Source: Selaginella moellendorffii
Taxonomy: Eukaryota; Plantae; Lycopodiophyta
Length of the DNA stretch: 64,000 nucleotides
NCBI RefSeq assembly: GCF_000143415.4
Contig: NW_003314361.1
Location: forward strand, 186,001-250,000
Direction: 5' to 3'
Below are positions 24,254 through 38,601 of the stretch, piece by piece. The translations under genes were made by a program, and so were the position numbers. The notes beneath the pieces are model-generated. The model was given only the letters and a program-made list of their open reading frames with translations. It did not search any database and was not told where the DNA came from. How positions within the stretch are numbered: position 1 is the first letter of the stretch; every line of letters starts with the position of its first letter.

Positions 24254-24948
24254 TTAGAACACAAACGTAGAGCTGGAAGCGGATCTATGAGATTGATCGT
24301 CAGTCTTGAGTGCCTCCGTGACTTTAAACTGCGACTCATACTTGAACTGGGAGGCCCTGCCGACCACAGATTCCAGCACCGGTCGCTCATTAAGAAATGC
24401 CAGATCTGTTTTTGTCCACCTGCAAGAAGAGGATACCAAAACATCCATCCAGTCAAGAAGAAACCTTTCGAGAGGCAACGTTGCGTTACCATGCGGCAGG
24501 AGCGGAGCCGACTAGAAGCTCCGAATGAACTTCGGCCTCCGCCTCGCGCCCGTTGAAAGTCTTGCTCTTGAGGACTTCCTTGTGCGGAGAAAGCTGAAGA
24601 ATTCTGGCGCACTCGCTCGCCATATGATCATCATCCTGGCTCGAAAAGGTACTGCTCTTCTGGATCGTCTTCTTTGCCTGCTAGACAACAGCTTAGGAGT
24701 CACGAAACAACGAAAGCCAAACGCTTACGAGGTTCAGTGCTGGCACATTTGGAGTTCTAGCTTGGGGAGAGCTCTGATCCGCCTTCTTGACACGCCAGTA
24801 GGAGTCAATTTCCTCTTTGGTGAGGGACAAGTTTCGCTCAAATCCTGTCCAAAACATCCCGGCTTCTGAGGACAAGGCGATACGGCAGTAAAAATCACTT
24901 ACTTTTCTTGGTGCGAGGAGAGTTCCAGCCAGCCATGAGAGACCCCAT
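24254..24948 (-). CDS. Small conserved plant protein of unknown function (MGSLMAGW...SLTKEEID...AFLNERP family); multi-exon
   Basis: Exon 1 MGSLMAGWNSPRTKK, then SLTKEEIDSYWRVKK, and final WTKTDLAFLNERP...YESQFKV; family recognised from memory. Confidence 0.8.
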
Positions 24949-25549
24949 CTCTGAGTTAGATCTCCACTAAGTCAGGAAGGAGCAGTGAAGTGGAATCCCA
25001 AAAAAAAACCCTGGTGATGGACAACAGAACCTCGCATTCGATATTTTCCGATGCACAGGATAAGCAAAGTATGGCGAATATCCGGCGGCTAGTCGCATGC
25101 AGCAGCCGCACTCGTGTCAAGTCCGGAATATCCTGCCTGCACTGTGACAATGCGGATTTTATATGCCGACCTTATCCGGGTCAAGAGCAACGAAAAGGAC
25201 GCACAGGTGTGTTGGCTTAGCAGCGCTTCGCCACCTTGGAAAAAATCAAGCTCAAGAAGCTGTCAGCTCGAATGGGAATAAAAACTTCATGACACAGTCT
25301 CTCTCACTGTTTGTTTCCTTTGGGGGACAGCACCTAAAAATCAATGAAGGTTGGTGGCTACGTGCTAACTTTTCTATCCATCCAGATTATTTCGCAAATG
25401 TCTCTCTTCGCTTTGAAAAGTCGTATTTACTGCTTTGCGGTGGTAAGAAAGAATGACGTCAATGAGCTGCCATGGCCGTGTTTACTTAGAATCCGCAATT
25501 TTTATTTTCTCATGAATCGTTTCAACACTTAATCCCTGTCCGACCCAGT

Positions 25550-27122
25550 CTAGATTGGATTGGAGGTTAGCTTGATGGGAAGGCCCTTGAGTGGTGCTGC
25601 CAGTGGAGCCATTTGCACGATCTCGTTCGGGTCACACAAGCTCCACTTGAACCTGGTGACAATGTGGTACAAAAACACGCAGTCTTGGACCTTGGCAAGC
25701 TCGTAACCGGGGCACATCCGAGGCCCTCCACCGAATGGGATGTACGAGTAAGGAACCGGGCCCGTGCCGAGGAACCTGTCCGGCTTGAAGCTCTCGGCCT
25801 CAGGGAAGAACTTCTCTTTCTTGTTGCTCTGGTACATGGATCCAAACAGCTGTTTTGACATGGTTTGGAGCACAGATCGGGGTGTGAGAAGAGGAGGATC
25901 TAGAAAGATAGAAATGAAGAACGAACCTGCCATCCTTGTGGAACTGTGTAGCCATCCATCTCAAAGTCCACAATAGCCCGACGAATAACTCCACTGGTGG
26001 GTGGCACGAAGCGCATGCCTTCTTGGACCACTCTCCAGGTATACTTCATGCGCCGGACATCAGCAATGGAAAGTGGCTCTCCAGCCTTTTTGGAAGCAGC
26101 AATTTCCAAATGTTCTACAGAGAGAGTGTCAGTCCACGGAGGTCAGTCAATGATAGTCAACCTTTACGGAGCTCGTCGTAGCAGGATGGATTCTCCGCGA
26201 TGTATTTGATGGCTATGCCGAGGGAGCTGGAGCTCGTGTCGTGGCCTCCAAGAACCAGCATCAGGATGTTTTGCTTGATCTCCTCGTCGGTCATGCCCCG
26301 CCCATCTTCGCCCTTGGTGACCAGCAGCACCGACAGGAGATCTTGCTGCGCGGACGCCTTCCCGCTCTGCAAATCCAGCCGCCGCTGCTCGATCATCCGG
26401 TCCAGCTTCGCCATGATCTCCCGGCGGCCAGCCATGGCCTTGGAGAACGCCGTTCCCGGGAAATCGATTGGGAGCTCGAGCAACGCGTGAAGGACGACGC
26501 GGAAGGGATCCAGGAGCTCCTGCTGCTCCTTCTCGTCGGCCACGCTCAGGAAGAGATCATAGATGACAGCAAAGAGCGCCTCCTTGACGGAGTGATACGC
26601 TTTGATCTCACCACCCGCGATCCAATTCTCCTCGACGTGCTTCTGGATCGTAGCGTGCGTTCTTCCCACGTACCGCTGCAGCGCCTCGGGGCCCAGGAAC
26701 GCGAGCAGGATGTGGCGGAAGCGCTTGGCCTCGTCGCCCTCCATGAAGAAGAGCGATCGCTCCCCGACGAGCTTCCTCATGGAGCTGGGCCAGGAGCCAC
26801 GGACGAGCTTGTTGTGATTGGTGAAGATGAGCTTCAATCCATCGGGGGGATTCACCACCACCGTGGGCGATCCAAACAGATGGGTCTTGAAAACCGGGCC
26901 ATACTTCTTCTCCCGCGACTCGAAAAACTCCCACGGCTTGTTGGTCTTCATGGAATGGAGCAAATGCAGCGTCTCTCCGACAAAGGGGAGTCCCAAACTC
27001 CCAGGAGGAAGGGGCTTGGCGTACCTCTTCTGGGTCATCCACCTCCATACCAAGATGGCCAAGAACACACCAGCCAGTGACACCAAAACTGGCGCCGGAT
27101 CAAGGATGCTGAACGAATCCAT
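25550..27122 (-). CDS. CYP716: Cytochrome P450, CYP85 clan, CYP716/CYP725-like; 3 exons
   Basis: PPGSLGLPFVGET, KYGPVFKTHLFG, GGHDTSS, EGMR (ExxR), FKPDRF, YSYIPFGGGPRMCPG. Confidence 0.88.
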
Positions 27123-27239
27123 CTCGTTTGAGCTCGAGTCGTCGAAGTGGGTTTAAGTATTGGCTCGAAAGCTGAGGTACTCACCATTCTCCTCGACTGT
27201 TGTAGTTGTTTCTAGTCCACTCCCGCCAACTAGATGTAA

Positions 27240-30159
27240 ATGGTTGACAGAGGGCTCTCACCTCTAGGCTCTATCATCTTTTCGGCTCGCCATGCCGGCT
27301 CAAAGCCCAGCAGCGCCCTCGATCGAGATGTACCGCAGGATGGAGCGACTTGGGCTGCGACCCAATGCCTCGCTCGTCGTCGCCGCGCTCCGGGAATGCG
27401 GCAGGCTCAAGCATCTCCACACCGGCAGGGAAATCCACCGCTCACTTCAGTCCCAGTCCCACGATTCCGGTGTGGCTAGCAGCCTGGTGGAGATGTACGT
27501 GAGGTGTGGAAGCATGGCTGATGCTCGCTGCGTCTTTGAGGGAATGCTTGAGACGAGCACGGCCCTGTGGAACCTTATCATTGGCGGCTATGTCGACAGT
27601 GGCGAGGCCGAGGTTGCGCTAGAGATCTTCGCTCGAATGCTGCGAGGAGGAGAAGCTGGTGATCGAGCTCCAAAGGCGAATCATGTCACGTACCTTGCGG
27701 CTCTGAAGGCGTGCGTGAGGCTGGCCGAGGAAGAACAAGGCGCTCTCGTGACGGGCAAGACGGCGATCATAAAACCCGAGTCCCTGGCAAGAGGGAGGAT
27801 AATTCACTCCCACGCTCGCAGCAGTGGTCTGGACAGGCACAGCTTCGTGGCTAGCAGGCTTGTCTCGATGTACTCCAAGTGTGGAAGCATGAATGATGCT
27901 CGTCAAGTCTTTGAAAGCATGGTGGAACGTGACTCGGTGTCGTGGAACTGTATCATCTTGGGCTATGCCGAGTGTGGAGACGGAGAGCTGGCTCTAGAAT
28001 TTTTCTCGCAAATGCTACAACAAAAACAAGGTGGTGAGAACTTGAAGACAACATCAGTCACGTACCTCGCAGCTCTCAAGGCCTGTGCGAGTTTAGCAAG
28101 CGGAGAAACCCCGCAGCTCGTCGATGGAGAGCTCCTTAAGCCGAAAACCTTGGAATCTGTGAAAAAAGTCCACTCGCAAGCCACAGCCGACGGCCATGCC
28201 TCGGAAGTTTTCGTTGCCACCAGCCTCGTTGACGTCTACTGCAAGTGTGGGAGCTTGCGTGAAGCTCGGCTTGTCTTCGACACTGTTCCCAATCCCACGC
28301 TAATTACCTGGACAACCACCATCCTCGGCCATGCTGATAACCACGAAGGCGACCTCGCGCTGGAGCTGTACCAGAGGATGCTAGAGCGCGGCCTCACTCC
28401 AAACTATGTCACGTATGTTGCTGCTCTCAAGGCCTGCTCGAGCTTGGCGGACAAAGAAGCTGCCGTTCCAATGGAAGGCAAAGTGGTGAAGCTGGGAGCA
28501 CTGGCAAAAGGCCGAGAGATCCACCGTCACGCTTGTCAAAGTTTTCGTCAGGCGCAGCTACACATCTTTGTGGCCAACAGCTTGGTCGACATGTACGCCA
28601 AATGCGGAAGCCTGGAAGAGTCAAGGACAGTGTTTGAGAGCATTCCAAAAAAGAGTGTGGTATCTTGGACGGGGATGATCCTTGGCTATGCTGAAAATGG
28701 AGATGGAAAGACGGGGCTGGAGCTCTACAAACGAATGCAAGAGGAAGGATGCGCGGCAGATGCTATAGCGGTAGTAGCTGCAGCAAAAGCGTGCTCGAGC
28801 ATGGCAGCCAAGGAAGAAGCACGAATGGTAGAAGGCAGGAGGATCAAATCGAAAAGTCTAGAGAAAGCAAAGGAGATTTACCTCCAAGCGAGAGAGTACG
28901 TCGAGTTGGACTCTTCCGTGGGTGCTAGCCTTGTTGATATGTTCGCCAAGTGTGGTAGCACCACTGACGCTCGAGAAGTGTTTGAGAAAATGCCGCGTCG
29001 AGAAGTAGCGTCATGGAACTGCCTCATCATGGGCCATGCCGAGAGTGGCGAAGCCAAGATAGCTCTGGAGCAGTACCAGCGAATGATCGAGGACGATAGA
29101 GTAGTAGCCGATGGTGTGACTTACGTTGCAGCTCTCAAGGCCTGTGCGTGTCTCAACGGTGGAAAAGATGGCGATGGCAGCCTTGAAGTTAAGTTGCAGG
29201 CAAGTAAAACCATTCATGCCCGAGCTGTTCGTGCTGGTTTCGAGCTCCACGCTCTGGTAGCGAATACTCTGATCGATACTTATGCCAAGGCCGGGAGTAT
29301 GAGCGATTCCTGGAGAGTCTTTGAGAGTATGGAGAGTCAGAGCGCTGTATCTTGGACCGCCATAGTCTCGGGCTACGTACGCGCTGCCGACGGGAAACTG
29401 GCCCTCGAATCATATCGGCTGATGATGGAAGAACTGGACGGGGTCAAGTTGGATGCTGCGAGTTTCATAGCTGCACTTAAGGCGTGTCGGGCGGAGGCGG
29501 CTGTAGAAAGCGGAAGAACAATCGAAGCCCAAGCTCGTGCTGCTGCTGCTTCATTGATACCGACCGTGGCGAATTGCTTGATCGACTTCTACGGCAAGTG
29601 TGGCAGTATGGTCGAGGCTCGCCAGGTTTTCGACTCGATGAACAGCAGCGACCGGCAATTGATAACTTGGAACTCGTTGATCGACGGATACAGCCGCCAG
29701 GGGGACTTCGATCGAGTGCTCGAACTTTTCGAAGAGATGCAAAGGCAGCTGTTCGAGCCAAACGATGTAACTTTCGTATCCATCCTTGCAGCTGCTAGTC
29801 ACGCTGGCCTTGTTGATCGGGGTAAGGAGTGCTTCGAGTCCATGTCTTCCAGACATGGTATTGTTCCCGGCGTGAAGCATTACGCATGCATGGTGGACTT
29901 GCTAGGCCGCGCAAATCGACTGGACGAGGCACTAGAAACTGCGAGCAGCATGCCTTACACGTCCAACTCCGTTGTCTGGATGGCACTCTTGTCCGCCTGT
30001 CACAAATGGAAAAATGTGAGAATCGGACAAGTTGCGTTTGAATCTCTACTCAAAGTTGAAAGAAATCCTGTTGCTGCTTGTGTGCTAATGTCCAACCTGT
30101 ATGCTGTTGTTGGAATGTGGGAGGAGAGCCGAGCGGTGAAAGAAATGAGAGTGACATAA
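27240..30159 (+). CDS. PLS-class PPR protein with E domain and no DYW, intronless; probable 4-nt frameshift near the 5' end (long ORF 27292-30159)
   Basis: Repeated LVDMYAKCGS...VFESM...VSWN...ALE motifs; SHAGLVDRG, HYACMVDLLGRA, WMALLSAC. Confidence 0.9.
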
Positions 30160-30182
30160 ATTAAAAGACAGTTCATACCCTT

Positions 30183-32751
30183 TTATGTGCATTGCAGGCT
30201 TCTAAGCGCAACAATGTCGAGAGTGAGCGACACCTTAAATTCGGTGTCGTGTCCCAGACCATGAACGGGAACCACTACCAATGCTGGGAAATGCGCTTCG
30301 AAGAAACTCCTCACCGCTGTTTCGTCAAAACGAGTTTTCTTTCCCACGAAGTAAACGCGAAACGCCTGCACGTGATCACCATCAATTCAGACAAAGAGCA
30401 AGCCAGAGAAACTTACCGAAATGTCCGACCATTGGAGATCTGCGTCTTTTAGAATGCTGGCAACTAGCTCCACCAGCCAGGAAAAATTGCTTGAAAGTGG
30501 CGATGACGATCTCACAGACACCAGTGCCCGGCAAATATGCCCCGGAATGGAGAAGCAGTCCGACGAGCAAATCCCCTCCGCAGGAGCTGGCAGTGCATGC
30601 ACAAGCTTTTTCGTCATCCCAGAAGCCTCGACGTCACTGGCCTCGTTGCTGGACAAACAAGTAAGTAGAGGCTCGACTTCAACACTTGAGCTGCAAGCAA
30701 CAAGTGAGAAAATGCGAAATAAAAGTAAGAGCAGAGGCAAAGTCTTACCCCTTTGGTAAACTAGAGACGAGGACGTAGAAAATGATCGGCAGCACAGCAC
30801 CGTCGCCGAAGAACGTTGTACATTGGCTCTCCACCTCCTCCCTCTGCTGTTTGTTCAGGGAGAGGCTGCAGTAGACTGTGATGAAGATCGTTGATGCCGA
30901 TCCGAAACTTTCTGCAACAGCTCGAGCGTTCTGTAGACACTGAAGCGTCTCTGCAGCAGGTCCGTCCGTCACCAAGGCCATGGTAGGAGGATCGAGTCCA
31001 ATCTGACCTGCCATAAAAAGAATGTTTCCGTGCAAGGTGGCCTATGCAAGACCAAGCTGTGAACTAGAGAAAGGAGAAACAAGAGAGTACCTGGCTATAG
31101 GGGCCAATGCAGCTAGGTGCCCAGCAAGAGATGCTCTGGACATGCAGTACTTTCTTGGACGTGTTCCGCGCAGCAAACACCTCTACCATCACATCTCCCA
31201 ATCCACAGGCGGCCAAAGGAACTTCTACTGTGGACCTCGAAGGAACGCCCCGTGGACAATCCGCTTCCGTGATGTGTTGAGAGTACATGCTGTTTATTTG
31301 GGCGAAGTCCTTCATGCTCTCGACGTAGAGATGTATATAGAGCACAGCGTCCCAGCCTAAGTCTTCTTTGGCTAGGAGCTCGAGTGTCAAGTACAGCAGC
31401 CGAGACAGATCTTCTCCAGCACCTATAAAGGAAACTACCATTTATGAAATCACATGTAGGCAATTCTGAAAGCGGACCTTTATGTGTTTTTGTTGCCAGC
31501 CAACAGCTGATAGTCACGTAATCCTCGGTCTTTGAGACACGGCACTCTCCAGTTGCTTCATCGTACGTCCATGACTGCTGCTTCTTTAAGCACTGACTTC
31601 GTTCAACTTCATCGGCTACCCAATACACCTTCCCGGTGTCTCTGTTATCTTCCAATCCCTTGTGTTCTACGTGGAACCGTTTGGGATGAAGGAATCCAAC
31701 CTGGACGATGGAGCTTGTGGACACAAGGACAGTACTGGACTCATCCAAAACAATCCGGCCATTCTAGATTGGTGAAAAAAACGAACAAAACAGTCAGTCA
31801 GTTGAGCGTGAGAAATACACTGCATACCTTGAAAAGCGGGCAATCGAGAGTAAGGCTTTCGTACTCGCCACCCTCACCACAGACATTGGCACCGAACTGT
31901 CTACAGGAAGAAGAACATAGAAGCGTATGGATGTCAAGTGTGCAACTATACATACTCATGAAGCTGTGTAAGGACCGGAAATACAGCAGAGAGCTCCATC
32001 CCGAGGTGTATTTGAGGTTGCAGACCCATAGAGGCTACCTGGCCACACAATAAAGGTATAAATACAACATTGCATTGAGAATGACAAGTTCACCTTTATC
32101 AAGATTGCCGAGATTCCACTGTCAACCATTTGCTGCAAAAGCTCAGTCTGGTCCTGCTTCCAGAGATAAGCAAGAGACACGAGCCCGAGTCGGGAACAGA
32201 CGTTTTCCACTCGCAAACGCTGGTAGTCGGACGCAATGGCACCGGACGAGACCGCATCAACCGAAGGTATTCTGCTCTTCACATGTCTTAGCAGTACTTC
32301 CAGATCCTCGACTTCATCCCCGTTTGTTTCTGAATATTTGAGGTCAAAAGCTCTGAAACTCCAGACTTAGAAAATGCAACCACAAAATGCAATAAGAGCT
32401 TTACGTACTTGGGCTTTCCCTGTATTCGCTTTCGAAACAATGGCAGTCCCATGCATTGCGCATACGCCTCCACGATCTGATGACCAACCTGCAAAATCAA
32501 TGACAAGAGTGGACCAAAACGAAAAACCCAAGAACAAGGAGTACCGTTTGATACATGTAACTGTCCAGTTCATCGACGGAGTCACACTCGGGAACTAGAT
32601 TCGCCAGTGCAACAATCTAAGAAACCATTCAGCTCAAATCTCCAATCGAATCTAACAAACAAAGAAGAGGTACCTCGTGTCCAAAGTGAATGCAACGCAT
32701 CATCGCATAGCAGCTATCCTTGCCTCCACTTACCAGCGCGACCACCTTCAT
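30183..32751 (-). CDS. DPH6: Diphthine--ammonia ligase with C-terminal RidA-like domains; multi-exon
   Basis: MKVVALVSGGKDSC, DSYMYQTVGH, SSGAIASDYQRLRVENVCSRLGL, VCGEGGEYESL, LHVQSISCWAPSCIGPYSQ, AGQIGLDP. Confidence 0.95.
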
Positions 32752-32874
32752 GGCTGCTGCTGCTGCTGCTGCTACTCCTGCTCCTGCAAGGTTAGGGCTC
32801 CTCCACAGCAATGAAGTATGAGACAAAATAGAGGCCCCTTGAATTTCCAACGAGATAAAAAGCACATTCCTTCG

Positions 32875-33444
32875 TCAATGAGTCAAGCTCCAGCAACAGC
32901 AGGCTGTGGAGTCAACTGGAGTTTCAAACCAGCGATTCCAAGCGGGCTCTTGCTGCTGCAAAGACGGCCTGGAAAAAGAACGATTCAATCCCAGGACTTA
33001 CTTCCTATACGAGCAGCACGAAGCGACTTACTTGGTGATGAATGGGTCGGGACTAGACGCCATGAAGTCGATCATCCTGAGAGAAAAAAAAGAGAACAGC
33101 GATGAGGACCTGGATTCGCAGAGAAGAAAATCGAAGAACTGACTCTTTGCAGGCCTTGGATGCCGGAGGAGCAGAATCGAGCAATTGAGATTCCTCCTGG
33201 AAACGCGCAAGAAATTTACAACGGACCAAGAACCAAAATATTCTAGCGGGCAAAATACCTGGAGCAATCGATTCTCCTCCTGGATCTTGTTGAGCTCCAC
33301 GCGGATCCTATGCCTGCCTCGAACATCGGCGACGCCCGCTGCTAATCCAGGAGGTGTTCGCGGCTCCTGAGTCGAGGAAGCGAAATTTCCCTCCATCTCG
33401 TCCAGCGCACTCGCTGCTACCCCTGGATTACGCTCTACCTGCAT
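32875..33444 (-). CDS. Heterotrimeric G-protein gamma subunit; 4 exons
   Basis: GRHRIRVELNKIQEE..LQEE..L......ASKACKE...F....PDPFI, then WNRWFETPVDSTACCCWSLTH*. Confidence 0.85.
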
Positions 33445-33634
33445 TCTTGGGGGCGCAATCCTGGAGATCGATCATCAATCCCAGGAAGCGCTAGCGCGAT
33501 CACCGTTTCCACTACGCCGCGCCCTAATGGGAGGAATCGTGATGTAACGCCCCACTATAGTGGATTCTTTAATGGTCAGCAAAATACCATTTTCTTAATG
33601 GGAAGAGAGGAGCGAATACACGAAAGATCAGAGT

Positions 33635-34975
<1,341 letters not shown>

Positions 34976-35344
34976 TCAGAAAAACAATGGGGGCATATTC
35001 CGGCCAGGAGATGGTATATCGTACCGTGTACGGCATATTCTGGCAGGGGCATCCAGTTACGTTTGAGTGAAAGAAGGGGAAGGGCAAAAGCCTTTGTGGA
35101 GGGCAAATGGGAGCGGCTTTGGCGATGGCGACCGTGTAGATCCAGGGAAGAGCGCGCTGGCGATGGCGGTGGCGATGGCGGTGGCGATGGCGCCGGCGGC
35201 GCTTGCCTAGGAGGAGGCGCCTCCCTCATCGGCCGCAGAGATGCATGATTCTTTCGGTGGAGTTTGTTCGTCCCGGGAGCGGCTCTAGGTTAGTGGAGAG
35301 AAATCGGCATTCGCAGCGGGAGGCCCGGATCTCCTTAGCGGGGT

Positions 35345-36749
<1,405 letters not shown>

Positions 36750-38035
36750 AGAACACACAGCCACACAGCAAGAAAACAAGGAGAAAACCAAGAAAAAAAA
36801 GGAGTGAGAGAGGGAGAGAGAGAGAGAGACCACAACTACAAACATCTTCGACATCAACGACAGCTAGTCTTGTTCGCGAATTCGGTTCGGATCGGAGCTA
36901 TGCGTAGCTTTATACAAACAACACCACAGTTGATTTTGCATAAAAAGCTGTTTTTTTTTTTTAATTCGTGCTTTCGATGGTTTTCGTTAGTATCCGAACG
37001 GACGACCCTCAGAACTTGCTGATTCCATCAAACTCAATCAGATTAATTGTGTTATTATAAACATGTTTATAATTTATAAACATAATGACGTTGCTCAAAG
37101 CGTTCTAGTGGCACAAAAAGGTTATGAGGAAAATGGAAGAAAAAATTAGAGATGAATTGAGCAAAGGCAAATGATCCTGTAATGGTATAGAAACATAGAA
37201 GAATTGTGGTGTGTTTTGTGAATCCGAACGTGACTTTATAACTGAAACAAGTGTTATAAATGTCTGAAATGAGGGATATAATAAACTGAGGGCCTGGGCA
37301 CTTGGCCATCGGTATAAGCTTCCAAGAACCAGATTGTAAATGCATCCCTCACTTCCTACAAAATGCAAAATTGCCTCCAGCAGCCACCACAAACTCACAA
37401 TCGTTGTATAGCAATAGGCTTGGCCTCAGATGCCATTACCCGCCAGGTGCCAGGTACACAAAAGTGATAATGCCATCAGGGTCTGAAGTTACCAGCATCA
37501 GCTTTCCAATCACACAGCGCTTAAAAAAGGTGGTGCCAAACCTCCACAAGAAATGTTATTGTGCAAGTATTTATGCAAGGCTAAGGTAGAGTCTTGAGTG
37601 TAGCCTTTGGATCGTTGAACGACTTGAGCGGCCAGATGTTGTTGGAAATGGCAACAAAGTTCAATTCGCCAACCTGGCAACAGAGGCCCAACTTGATCAA
37701 CTCGAGTTATACAAGTGCAGCAACAGGCGGTTGTCATGAGCGATCCTGGCAAGCCCACAAGTGTCGAACCTGGTGTTACCATTGCCGAAGACTGAGATTG
37801 TAAACCCTAAAATATGCTACAGGCAGTAATGTAAACCTGTGGTTAAGGATTGGAGCTGTTTAAGAGAAAGATGAGCCGTGATGCACCACTGCTCTGTGGT
37901 CTGCGTTGAGCTGGATTGCTGCGCGCCATGTTTTGGAGGCCAAGCGGCTGGGCATGCTGGGGACAAATCATTGTATTTTTCTTTCCGGATAATGTAATTG
38001 GATTTCCCCTTAAAGTTTATTCTGGCTGCCGGCAA

Positions 38036-38239
38036 GAATATATCAATATTCTAGGGATATTCATCCTCTTTCTTTTTAAACCGCAAAAGATATATGCACC
38101 ATTGGATTGGAGCCACGTTTAATTCTATCAAGAACAGAGAATATATCAATATTCTAGGGATATTCATCCTCTGTTTCTTAAGTTATAAATATACATACAC
38201 CATTGGATTGGAGCCACGTTTAATTCTATCAAGAACAGA
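38036..38239. repeat. Tandem duplication of a ~103-bp unit
   Basis: GAATATATCAATATTCTAGGGATATTCATCCTCT...CACCATTGGATTGGAGCCACGTTTAATTCTATCAAGAACAGA occurs twice in tandem. Confidence 0.92.
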
Positions 38240-38601
38240 AGAAGATAGATTGATAGACAGATAGACGTGAAAAAAGAGAGAAAGCGAAAGAGAATTTCTC
38301 AATGGCCTAAACACCCACAAAGAGATTCTCGTTGTATGGCGTGCCTTGTGTAAATGGCAAACCATTCGTGCAACACATGGCATGCTCCCATTGGTCTAAA
38401 GCGAATATTCCTAATGATGAGTAGTCTTTTGAAGCTGTTTCCATGTGTTAGGGTATATTCAAAGGGATCTAGTGGTTATGTATATGCATGGGTCCAATGG
38501 GATGCATATATGCCTCATGAATGGGTCATTGGACCTCCATGCCATATAAAGTTTGCCATTTAAAGTTTAAAGAGCATTCGTTACTGGCACTCGGAATATT
38601 C
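38055..38601. promoter_or_regulatory. Cluster of six P1BS (GNATATNC) PHR1-type motifs
   Basis: GGATATTC 38055 and 38158, GAATATTC 38403, GTATATTC 38453, GTATATGC 38480, GAATATTC 38594. Confidence 0.6.

Noticed and set aside
38036-38239. Tandem repeats considered as a CRISPR-like array
   Set aside because: Eukaryotic context, only two units, no spacers
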